The notes under the pieces were generated by a model. That model ran no database searches. It had not been told where the DNA came from and saw only the letters and a list, made by a program, of their open reading frames with translations. Source: Chiloscyllium plagiosum (lineage: Eukaryota). Taken from it: a stretch of DNA of 64,000 nt. Below are positions 53,204 through 64,000 of the stretch, piece after piece. The position numbers were made by a program, and so were the translations under genes. Within the stretch, counting starts at the first letter, position 1. The number at the start of each line of letters is the position of its first letter. The stretch covers positions 13,628,553 to 13,692,552 of the forward strand of contig NC_057718.1 in the NCBI RefSeq assembly GCF_004010195.1, written 5' to 3'.

Positions 53204-53282
53204 CTTTCCTTTGGGGATTCTCCCCGTGATCTCTTTCCCACTAGCCATTAATGCTCCCATGATCACTGAATATGCCACCACA
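53204..53282 (-). CDS. TTC13: TTC13 internal exon (VVAYSVIMGALMASGKEITGRIPKGK)
   Basis: 79 nt, tag acceptor, AAG|gtaagt donor, phase consistent. Confidence 0.92.
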
Positions 53283-54537
53283 CTAGAAGGTAAAGCACAT
53301 CAGCATTAAAACACAAAAGCATTTCTACATACATGTTAGCTGATCTCAGATAGCAATTTTACAAATCTGCAGTAACAAGTCCTTGAAAGGCAGCTCCAAA
53401 CATTACAACTGGCATCTCATCCAGTCCACAACAAGTGCCCATTTTCCAAAAGAAAAATCAAGGGGCTTGGTCTGCAACTTTGTAGTATAACTTGTACAGA
53501 TCAATTGGAAAAGACCTTCTAAGAAAATACATTGTTCCTTCTCCAGCCCATCTCCCTGCCCTTTTAACAAATACAGCTCAACAGGAAGTCAGTGGGACAC
53601 TCATTTTTCCAAATAGGAGCAAGTTTCTAATCTTCACACTGATGAAGAAACCAGCATTATTTCTGATAAGGTACAGGTGGCTGACAAAACACCACAGAAT
53701 GATGTTCAAATGGTTCGGGAATTAAACAAACAGCCACTTCAAATGCTCTTTTTACAACTTGTCTGGAAGGGATAACATCTAACAAACTACTTTGTAAACA
53801 CAAGTCTTTTCCCTCAAAATGTTTTAAGTATATGGGATGTCTCAAACCAATATACTGTGAATTCAGTATTTTGTAAGAAACATGGGCAGCCAATTTACAC
53901 ACTAATACATTCCAGAAACAGCATGTGAAATGGCCAAATAATCTTTTTTTTATTATTCCACAGGAATTGGGCACCACAACTTAGGCTGCCATTTAATGTC
54001 CCTCCCCAATTCCCCTCGAAGCTGCCTTCTTGAACTGCAGCAGTCCATGTGGTGTAGATACACCCACATTGCTTTTAAGCAGGAATTCCAGGCTTTTGAT
54101 CAGCAACAATGACAGAATAGTTTTAAGTCTTGATTAGTGACCATGCAGGTGGTGGTACTCCCATGGATTTGCTGCCCTGATCTCTCTGTGTAGGAATAGG
54201 AATTTGAAAGGTGTTGCTTTTTGTGTTATTAATCGAGAGCCAGAATAATTTCTATTTTGCTTCATTTAATCTTTCAATCACAAGAGGCAGATGGAACTTC
54301 AATTTAATATCACATTCAAAAGATGGTAGTCAACCAGTGCTCTCACTCCCTCAGCACTACACTGGCAGTATCAGTCTAAATTTGTGTTCAGGTTCAAAAT
54401 CTGAACTGGTCACATTGTGAGTCAGGGATGAAAGATCAAACCTGATGTATGCCTAAACTTCTCATTTTCAAGGTACGTATTTATTGAGTTACTTTCTCCT
54501 TTAGACATTTAAAAGACAAAAAATATACTCTACTAAC

Positions 54538-54617
54538 CTGGATCCTCTTGACAAAGGCATTAGATTGTAAAAGTAATACACCAAGGAAAGGATAAGGTTG
54601 CACACAGCATCTGCTTC
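54538..54617 (-). CDS. TTC13: TTC13 internal exon (EADAVCNLILSLVYYFYNLMPLSRGS)
   Basis: 80 nt, cag acceptor, AG|gttagt donor. Highly conserved TTC13 peptide. Confidence 0.92.
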
Positions 54618-55534
54618 CTGGTTCAAAAGAGAAAATAAAACCAAATTATTTCTGAACAGAGTTTTTAGTTGATTAAAGACAGAGATGACACAGAATACTT
54701 CATGGGCACAGAAGGTGAACAACTTGACTCTGGGTCTCATTATTTATCTTTAACAGCACTGTAGATATATCTGTCCCCCACAGACTGCAGCAGTTCAAGA
54801 GGTGGCTCAACACATCTTCGCAAGGGCAATCAGGAATCGGCAATAAATACTGGACCAGTGTTGCCCACACATTGTAAACACATTTTTAATATGTATTAAG
54901 TAAGCTGTTCACATATACTTGAAAGCAATTCTGAAGTGACCTAAATGCTCTTTCCTTTACCTCTATTCAGCTCACCCACCACAGTATGGTACATAGAATT
55001 CTGAAGGAGGGTCAGGGACTCAAAATGTTAACTCTGTTTTCTCTTCAAAGAAATTTCCAGACCTGTTGAGTTTATCCAGCACTCACCTTTACTTGTTTAG
55101 GGTATATAGGAGTTTAATCTATTGGTTTATTAATATATAATATCATTGCAGTATACTAGTTTTCCAATCACCCACACCACTGAAGTTGCATGATTTAAAA
55201 ACAATATTGCCATTTTTTAAAAAAAATAATATTCAAACACTTGAGGTGATGGCAAAATGGTATGATCATTGGACTAAGAATTGGAAAGGTTTGGAGGGAT
55301 GTCAGCCTGCAGCAGGCAGATAGGATCAGTTTGATTTGGCAATGTGTTCTGCATGGACTAGTTGGACCAAAGGGTCTGTTTCCATATTCTGTGACTCTAT
55401 ATTCTGGGGACTAGAGTCAAACATCACTGGGCATGATGCTGAAATTTCAATTTGATAAAATTCTGGAATTAAGATTTTGGGAAAAACCCATCTGGTTCAC
55501 TAATGTTTACTGGAAAGGAAAAACCATCCTTACA

Positions 55535-56822
55535 TAGAGTCATAGAGATGTACAACACAGAAGCAGACCCTTCAGTCCAACTCGTCCATGCCGACCAGAT
55601 ATCCCAACCCCATCTAGTCCCACCTGGCCCATATACCACCAAACCCTTCCTATTCATATACACATTCAGGTGCCCTTTAAATGTTGCAATTGTACCAGCC
55701 TCCACCACTTCCTCTGGCAGCTCATTCCATACACGTACCACCCTCTGCGTGAAAAAGTTGCTTGTAGGTCTCTTTTATATCTTTCCCCTCTCACCCTAAA
55801 ACTACACCCTCTAGTTTTGGACTCTCCCACCCCAGGGAAAAGACTTGTCTATTTATCCTATCCGTGCCCCTCATGATTTTATAAACTTCTACAAGGTCAC
55901 CCCTCAGCCTCCAATGCTCCAGGGAAAACAGCCCTAGCCTATTCAACCTCTCCCCAAAGCGCTAATCCTCCAACCCTGGCAACATCCTTGTAAATCTTTT
56001 CTGAACCCTTTCAAGTTTCACAACATCAGAGACCAGACCTGCACATAATATTCCAACAGTGGCCTAACTAATATCCTGTACAGCCACAACATGACCTCCC
56101 AACTCCTGTACTCAATATTCTGACCAATAAAGGAAAGTATAGCAAACGTCGTCTTCATTATCCTATCTTTCGACTCCACTTTCAAGGAGCTATGAACCTG
56201 CACTCCAAGGTCTCTTTTTTTAAAATCACACTCCCCTAGAATCTTACCATTAAGTGTAAAAGCCCTGCTAAGATTTGCTTAGCCCTGCTAAGATGTGTAT
56301 CTCACATTTATCTGAATTAAACTCCATCTGCCACTTCTCAGCCCATTGATCCATCTGATCAAGATCCCGTTGTAATTGGAGGTAACCACCTTCGCTGTCC
56401 ACTACACCTCCAATTTTGGTGTCATCTGCAAACTTACTAATTGTACCTCTTATGCTTGCATACAAATCATTTATATAAATGATGAAATGTAGTGGACCCA
56501 GCACCGATCCTTGTGGCACTCCACTGGTCACAGGCCTCCAGTCTGAAAAACAACCCTCCATGACCACCCTCTGTCTTTCAGCCAGTTCTCTATCCAAATG
56601 GCTAGTTCTCCCTGTATTCCGTGAGATCTAACCTTGCTCACTGGTCTCCAATGGGGAACCTTGTTGAACACCTTCCTAAGTCCATATAGGTCACATCTGC
56701 CGCTCTGCCCTCATCAATCCTTTTTGTTACTTCTTCAAAAAACTCAATCAAGTTTGTGAGATATGATTTCCCAAGCATAAAGCCATGTTGACTATCCCTA
56801 ATCAGTCCTCGCCTTTCCAAAA
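55535..56822 (-). mobile_element. CR1/HER1-type LINE 3' portion
   Basis: [23 protein letters not shown] and RVWNELP on -, tail ctctatgactctatg. Confidence 0.9.
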
Positions 56823-56869
56823 TGTTTGACTCTGATCTCCAGCATCTGCAGCCCTCACTTTCTCCTCGG

Positions 56870-57587
56870 CACAACGAGCTTGGGTGAGTGAGTGGCAAGT
56901 AACATTTACACAACATCAATTCCAGGAAATGACCATCTTCAATGGCATTACCATCACTGAGTCTATCACTATCAACATCCTCAGGGTAACCATTGACCAG
57001 AAACTGAACCCTGGGCTACCATATAAATAGTGACTACAAGAGCAGATCAGAGGCTAGGAAGCCGACAGCGAATGACCTATTGATTCCCCAAAACGTGTCC
57101 ACTATCTACATGGCACAAGTCAGCAGTGGGACGCAACACTCCATTCATGCCTGGATGTTGCAGCTCCAACAACACAAGCAGCTGAACACCATTCAGGACA
57201 AAGCAACCTGCTTGAGTGGCACCACATCTACAAGCATCCATCCCTCCACCATCAATGCTCAGTAACAACAGTGTGGACCAATAACAAGATACATGACAGA
57301 AATTTATCAAAACTTCTTAGGCAGCACCTTCCAAATCCATGAATATTTCTGTCTAGATGGAATGGCAGCAGACACATGGGAACACCACTCCCTGCAAATT
57401 CCCCTCCAAGTCATTCATAATCCTGATTTGGAAATATATCACTGTAACTTCAGTATTGCTGGGGCAAAATCCTGAAACTCCTTCCCAACAGGTACTGTGG
57501 GTCTACCTACAACATGTGAACTGCAACAGATGAAGAAGGTAGTTCACCACCATTTTGAAGGGAAACTTAAGGATGGGCAATAAATGC
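56870..57587 (+). mobile_element. Old LINE (CR1/L2-group) 3' fragment
   Basis: Homologous to 9455-9990 (tggcaagtaacatt, accattgaccagaaactgaac). Confidence 0.6.
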
Positions 57588-57760
57588 GAGTTGAAAAATG
57601 TGTTGCTGGAAAAGTGCAGCAGGTCAGAAATTCCTGAAGAAGGGCTTATGCCCGAAACGTCGATTCTCCTGCTCCTTGGATGCTGCCTGACCTGCTGCGC
57701 TTTTCTAGCAACACATTTTTCAGCTCTGATCTCCAGCACCTGCAGTCCTCACTTTCTCCT
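57588..57760. mobile_element. Miniature PLE terminus with an inverted tail-less arm and an intact hammerhead (57630-57665, +)
   Basis: TSD AATAAATGC at 57579-57587 and 57761-57769. Inverted arm 57588-57626. Motif CTGAAGA-A-GGGC(TTAT)GCCC-GAAAC-GTC. Confidence 0.85.
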
Positions 57761-58576
57761 AATAAATGCTAGTTGTCAATGACACACACATTCCACAAAT
57801 TATTTTTAAAAAAATGATCTAAAGATAAACCTCAAATAAAATTAAACAGCGTCACTTAGAAAATAATGAAAACAGCAAATGGCAAAACCAATGAAAAAGG
57901 TAAACATTCAGTAAGATTTAAATGCTGTTGCTTTGGATGTACAATTAGATTTACATGCATTTGATGTCAAGTCCACTTTAACATTTCACATTTGTTACCA
58001 AGCCAGTAATGCTTCAAATGAAACTGGTTCCTTTTAAAAGAAAATCATGGGAGCTGAAGTGATGGACTTATCTTTCGAGAATGGAATTCCTCACACTCAA
58101 CTCTAGACAACTCTGCAAGCCTACACATAGAATGTATGAAACTAAGACCAGTCAGAAGCTATCTAATACAAGTTAACTGGTTTTGGCTAGTTAAAACTGT
58201 TGCTTTGCTACAAGGTGTAGCTAGAACCCAACAACTTCAAACCTTAACACCCCATACCCACATAGCCCAAAAACTGGTGACAAACCACAAGAAATTGGGC
58301 ACGTAGGAACTCTACACATAGCTTGATATGGTGAATGGTTTAAATAGCTTATCTGAAATGTTAACTTTCAAGATGGTTATTTTGAGGGAATGCAATTTGA
58401 GATGTTTTATCATGTACCAATGAAAGATTAAGACTTTGGGAATTTATGTCCATCTTTTGACAGAGTAAACCATCATCGCCAGTACAATGTTGACCAGAAA
58501 TATTCTTAAAATCTTCAGAATACATTTCACACCTTGAAATTCTGATTTCAAGAGAAACAACATTGTTTGTTCTTAC

Positions 58577-58712
58577 CCCAAGCTCAGTGGAAAGTATCAA
58601 AGCCTTGCCTTTGCTGTTCAGGTCCTTGTACAGTGCTTCAATTTCATCATGATATTGCTGAGTCCGCTCTTCTGTTGTTTGGGTTTCCACAGAAAATAGC
58701 ATGTTCCCAACT
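58577..58712 (-). CDS. TTC13: TTC13 internal exon (VGNMLFSVETQTTEERTQQYHDEIEALYKDLNSKGKALILSTELG)
   Basis: 136 nt, cag acceptor, GGG|gtaaga donor. Overlaps ORF 58361..58702(-). Confidence 0.92.
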
Positions 58713-60383
58713 CTGGTGATAAAATAAATGACAGAGACAGCACTGAAAGGAAGGAAAACTGGATCTTACTTAATCACAATCTCACAGAATATCACAATAA
58801 TCACAAAAAAATTCCAAAAAGTGCTTTCTTTGTCTTTTCTTTGCAAGCATTACCTCAGCAATACAACAATGCAATATTTTTCTTCTTCCCAAAGGAATAA
58901 GTCAATTATGAAAAAAAAAATGAAGCTCCAAGGACAGCAATAGTACATATTCCTGATCAAGGGCTTATGCTCAAAACGTCAAGTCTCCTGCTGTGTTTTT
59001 CCAGTGCCACACTTTGACATATTGTTCTTTGCACTACTATGATCCCAGCTAATGGTGCTATTGACCAAGTCAGATCCAGGATTGAAACTTGACTTAACAC
59101 ATCTTTTGTTTAGTTAATGTGGTGATTAGTCATAGAAACATTTTCACGAGACTGCAGATTTTCTTTAACTACACAGAAGAAATTTATTAAACAAAAAGTT
59201 ATGTAAACATACAACGCAGACAGAATGATCTTAAATCACACAACACAACAACATTTCATTTATTTCCTGACACCATTCATGACACTTCAGTCTACAAGAA
59301 TTAGACCCAAATCTCAACTCTTCAGGGTTCCTACTTAAATGACCCCTTACTGTTTCTTTGCTATAGACTTCAGACATGAATTTGATGAGTACTTTCCAAG
59401 TCTACCGAAAATAACTTCTCACAGTTCTGAAAGTCAACATTTTCTCAGTTGTCATAAACTCCAGATTTCAAGCCAGTTTCCCTGATTTGGGTTTCACAGG
59501 CTGAACCCTTCTGCTGAGATGACTTGTTCCCTGAACTCCTCTTAGGAGAGAAACTAAACTAGCTTTTAAACCCAGCACTGGTGTCTTCTGAACTGGATTA
59601 CAAAACTTACTCAATCCTTTGAAAACAAAGCTATTACCTTGAAATTTTAATCTACTGTCAGAAGCCAGTCATACAAACACCTTTGCATTATCACCACAGG
59701 GGTCTGCAGTCACCTGATATCTGACAAAATACTGTATTTAGTCACTGTTCCAGAAAGGACTCTCTGACTTTGTTTCTTTGACAAAAAATCCCTTCACAGA
59801 AATACCAATACAAATGTGCCTCTATTTTGAAATCGAAATTCTGAAAATATTAACAGAAATAAATTACACAACTTTCATCACAGAATGTGAAGATGTACCC
59901 TACAACAATATATCTCCAACCTAACCCCAAAAAACCTCCAAACTAACCTCTTCATAGGACTGACACCTACATTCTCTACACCAGCTTTCTCATCCTTATA
60001 TTATGAGCAATCATGCCAATCTGTGAAGAACTTGGGAGAGTACTGCACATTAAGAACTGGGTTAAGACTGGCCAAAAACATGTTACTGACAGAAAAGTAT
60101 GGGCCATTTCTCCACCAGTCCAGTTGCATTTATTTAACCCAGGTCTCAATGGCTCACTCTTTTGATCACGAAGACATTGCTCAGAGATGACAAAATGCCA
60201 TTTATTCCATCAAACATTATTCATCTAATACATGGACTCTTCCATCTTATTGTATCACTGTCCTTTTGATAGCTTTATTTTCTTGCCTTATGTCTTTATA
60301 GACAGGTTATTCCTATTCAATGACAATTACAAGTTGAACCAAAGTTGAACCTTAGTTATCCAACTGTGTAGTGGTCAACCTAC

Positions 60384-60493
60384 CTGTCACCTGTTATTGT
60401 GATGGTGAATCCATCATACTCTTTCCCTTGATGTTTTAAACTGGGTACTTTTGTGTTTACAGTGAACCCATCCCGGGTTTTGCTGTTGAACTG
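60384..60493 (-). CDS. TTC13: TTC13 internal exon (QFNSKTRDGFTVNTKVPSLKHQGKEYDGFTITITGD)
   Basis: 110 nt, aag|CAG acceptor, AG|gtaggt donor. Phase consistent with neighbouring exons. Confidence 0.9.
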
Positions 60494-61960
60494 CTTCCAA
60501 ACAAAGAAAATAATGAAAATTACCCATGGTAATTTTAACAAATTGCCCCTAAAATTTACAAATCTGTATCTTCCAAGGAATTTCTTCCCTCCTCCCCAGT
60601 AAACTCCACGTCAGAAGTACCAAGTCATCCGCACGGTCTCTCAAACCATTTTCATCATTCAATATCATCATAGCTCAACTTCACTTTCTCACCCGCTCCC
60701 CAAATCCAATGACACCAAACATCTATATTGATATTGGGCTCAAGAATACTCAATGATGGAACAATCACAACCCTCTGGGGCAGGTGATTCCAAAGATTCA
60801 CAACTCTAAGCAAAGAAATTTCTCTGCTCAGTCTGAAATGATTGATCTTTACTTCTGAAACTATGTCCCCTTTCAAATATATGTTTACATTCTCATACAA
60901 AGAACCTTAAATTCACTAGACATTGGTTACCAAAAGGACAAAGCTCCCAGTACCTCATGCAGTAAATTCCAATGTCTAGCATGGTACTGAATCACATGAA
61001 TTTGTCACACTGCTGTAGCATGTTCACACAAGTGTTACCCAGTTGATCAAACCATGTTGACACATTAAAGATTTACAGAAGAGGCAATGGTTGATCAAAA
61101 GATAAGACTATTTCCGTACTCTGTGATGCTGTTTGGCAAAATTTTAGCAAATAAGCTTCACCTCCTCACAATTTGAGATTACTGGAAAGACAATTCTTTA
61201 AGAATCTCCCTGGACTATCAACTAATACAAATTAGAAATGTAATGTTTTCTCTTCACCCTCATTTGATCTAACTTCTGTACCCAAATTACCAATTTTGAG
61301 GGTTTTTTTTGAAAAGTTAGGAAAAGTCAGAAAAAAATTTCATGAAATCAGGTAGGTGCCAATTCAGGTAGGTCACTGTGCTAAGTTAAGAGTTGAATTT
61401 ATACTGGTGTCCCATTTTTAGATTCTAGAACACGAGCATTTACACTACCAAATCTACTTATACATTGCTTAAAAAGAACAGTTTGTGAAGTTTTTCACCA
61501 TGCTCTCATCAAGACATTCACATGAAATACCAAGTTAAAATGGGAACAATATTTTATCTAGTATGAGAAAATCTGGTATCTGGTTGGCAAGTGAATTGAA
61601 AAATGTTGTACATTGGTATTTTTGCAAATATCCTTAAGTACCAAACCGACATGTTAATTTTCAGCAATACTCAAATTCTGTACTGCCAAATGACTACTTG
61701 GAAATCCAGCTCCCTTATCCCAACAGCAGACTCATAGGTCTTGCTGTATCTAAACATTTGCGCTCTTAGATACGGTTCATGAAATCTGATAGGGTCAGCA
61801 GCATCCAGTATTAAAACATCACTCATCTTGCCTGCAGAGGTTCATTCAAACCCAGTTGGAACTGAAATGCAATCTTAAAATCAACTAGTGACACCAGCTC
61901 TGAAACAATAATAAAATTATACTTTCATAATGTGAAAGAGAGTTTCTTTGGTGAATTTAC

Positions 61961-62045
61961 TTTCATAATTGGAAGGAGGTCTTCAATTTTTTTCACTTTC
62001 TCCAGGGCATCTCTCACTTCAGGAAGACCTTTGGGATTATTAGCA
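61961..62045 (-). CDS. TTC13: TTC13 internal exon (ANNPKGLPEVRDALEKVKKIEDLLPIMK)
   Basis: Minus-strand cag acceptor and AAA|gtaaat donor, 85 nt. Peptide matches the TTC13 C-terminal region as recalled. Upstream exons lie beyond the window. Confidence 0.9.
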
Positions 62046-63224
62046 CTGGAGGAGAGGAGGGAAAGGTCATTTTTAGAAAGGTCTCTTAATTATAAATGAA
62101 GTCATCTATATCTAATTTCTCTTATATCTTTTCATAATAAAATGTGAAAAACTACAAGCATACAAAATTACAGAACAGGGAAAGACTACCTGGTCCATCA
62201 ATCCTGTCACATACCATTTGAGCAACCATCCAGAATAAAAACTTCATCCTTTGCTTCTTATTACTGTCAAGTCTCCAGCTTACAGGAAGCTTGTGTTATG
62301 ATTGGAAAGTTTTTTTTGAGAATGATAATGCAACGTGATTGTCTCTCTAATTCCAAGTAGGAAAAAATAATAGTCATGTGATGCTCTTCAAGATCTGCCT
62401 GACATCAAGCCTAGGTGCCTTCTTACCACAAATACAGAGAGGACAAGTGAAAGACCTGCTGGGAGAAAAGTATAAAACACTCACATCTGTCAATAAAAAT
62501 GAACCCAACTGGACTAACTGTGGATGGTATTTCAATCTTCAAGTATTTTCCTTTTTTGGCCAAAAAAAGAAAAAGATTCAAAAGGTTGCCACTATACGGT
62601 CAGCAGACAGAATACAGCTGAGAGTTCTCTCTGACTCACCAAACAGAAATTCAGGAGAAGAGACAGTCTCTGGTCAAAGAGATGCAACCCATGGAATCAC
62701 AAAGATATATCCTGGCATTGCTTGGGAGGGTGGAGGAGAAACAATCACCAGAGCAGAGCTTACTGCTACTATTTGGTTTGGGACTCCTCCTCTTCTCAGA
62801 AGTGCCTTCTGATAATCATTTGACACTAGAACTTTGCAAATTGGGAAGAAGTGCACTCTTGGAAAGCTGGGAGCGATGTTGGTCTCATTCCTGTAGAATA
62901 AAGGCTGTGGGATACAACTTGGGCACAAAATGTTCAATTGGGTTATAAGTGGGAATATCTTTTCTGTTGATAGTGTTAGTTGCCTACTAAATAGTATTAG
63001 TCAATTTTGCTTTTAGTTTGTTTGTCGCAGTAAAAATCTTAAAATCACACTGAGTGATCCTCTTAGTCAACCGCAAGGAATTAAAATCTCTTACCTAGTT
63101 ATCGCTCTTCACAGGAATTCTAACATTTGAAATTGCTGCCCTAACCCCGCCAATGCTTACAAAAGTGGTCAAAATAAATAAGCATTGAATAGAGTTGCCA
63201 TTCAACATATTGCACTGTGAATAG

Positions 63225-64000
63225 AAACAGGGATCTTGATCAGATGGGCCAATGGGCTGAGTGGCAGATGAAGTTTAATTTGGATAAATGAGGTGCTGCA
63301 TTTGGAAAACCAAATGAGAGCAGGACTTATACACTTAATAAGGTCCTGGGGAGTATTGCTGAGCAAAGAGACCTTGAAGTGCAAATTCATCATTCCATGA
63401 AACTGGAGTCGCAGGTAGATAGGAGTGAAGGTGGTGTTTGGTATGCTTTCCTTTATTGGTCAGAGTATTGAGTTTAGCAGTTGTAAGGTTATGTCGCAGC
63501 TGTGCAGGACTTTGGTTGGGCCACTTTTGGAATATTGCATGCAATTCTGGTCTCCTTCCTATTGGAAGGATGTTGTGAAACTTGAAAGGGTTCAGAAAAG
63601 ATTTACAAGGATATTGCCAGGGTTGGAGGATTTGAGCTATAGGGAAAGGCTGAATAGGCTGGTACTATTTGCCCTGGAGGCTGAGGGGTGACCTGAGAGG
63701 ATTATAAAATCATGAGGGGCATGGGTAGGGTAAATAGACAAAGTATTTTCCCTGGGGTGGGCAAGTCCAGAACTAGAGGGCATAGGTTTAAAGTGAGAGG
63801 GGAAAGATATAAAAGGGAGCTGCAGCAAATTTTCATGCAGAGGTTGGTGTGTGTATTGAATGAGCTGTCAGAGGAAGTGGTGAAGGCTGGTACAGCATTT
63901 AAAAAGGCATCTGGATGGGGATATGAATAGGAAGGGATAGGGAAATTATGGGCCAAGTGCTGGCAAATGGGACTAGATTTGGTTGGGATGGACGAGTTGG
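63225..64000 (+). mobile_element. CR1/HER1-type LINE 3' fragment, running off the window
   Basis: LVGPLLEYCMQFWSP and RGHRFKVRG motifs. Confidence 0.88.

Noticed and set aside
59118..59882. Possible solo LTR with TGTGGTGA...TCATCACA ends
   Set aside because: No TSD and no second copy in the window, so it cannot be supported.
63095..63140. Possible additional TTC13 exon next to a gtaag-type donor on -
   Set aside because: The translation does not resemble the expected upstream TTC13 peptide.
62294..63205. 144-aa ORF 62378..62812 and a surrounding possible solo LTR
   Set aside because: No recognisable domain, GTG start, antisense within a TTC13 intron. LTR ends and TSD could not be established.

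Overview
Vertebrate genomic DNA, almost certainly elasmobranch (shark). This is inferred from HE1/V-SINE-type SINEs and HER1/CR1-type LINEs; the species cannot be fixed from sequence alone. Two protein-coding genes face each other tail to tail. The first is a complete 4-exon C1orf198 homologue on + (CDS 17470-41259, 351 aa, all GT-AG introns) behind a CpG-island promoter packed with CCAAT boxes and PBX/PKNOX-type TGACAG sites. The second is the last seven coding exons of TTC13 on - (62045 down to the stop at 46744). The rest is mostly retroelements: CR1 LINEs, V-SINEs, an RTE fragment and at least three families of Penelope-like elements (PLEs). The most striking structure is a recurring PLE insertion design seen in two different families: target-site duplication (TSD), an inverted arm usually lacking a 34-38 nt terminal tail, a fold-back junction, a direct arm running to the full 3' end, then the TSD. 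These insertions range from about 95 bp to 1.8 kb, and most carry minimal type-I hammerhead ribozyme motifs. In one insertion the short arm starts at the predicted hammerhead cleavage site. In that family the ORF's last codons and stop codon overlap the ribozyme. Another insertion has a 270-bp flanking duplication and a 129-bp piece apparently copied from 12 kb upstream. PLE hammerheads and inverted pseudo-LTRs are established in general; the junction details here are the parts worth testing. Boundaries of old, decayed repeats are approximate.
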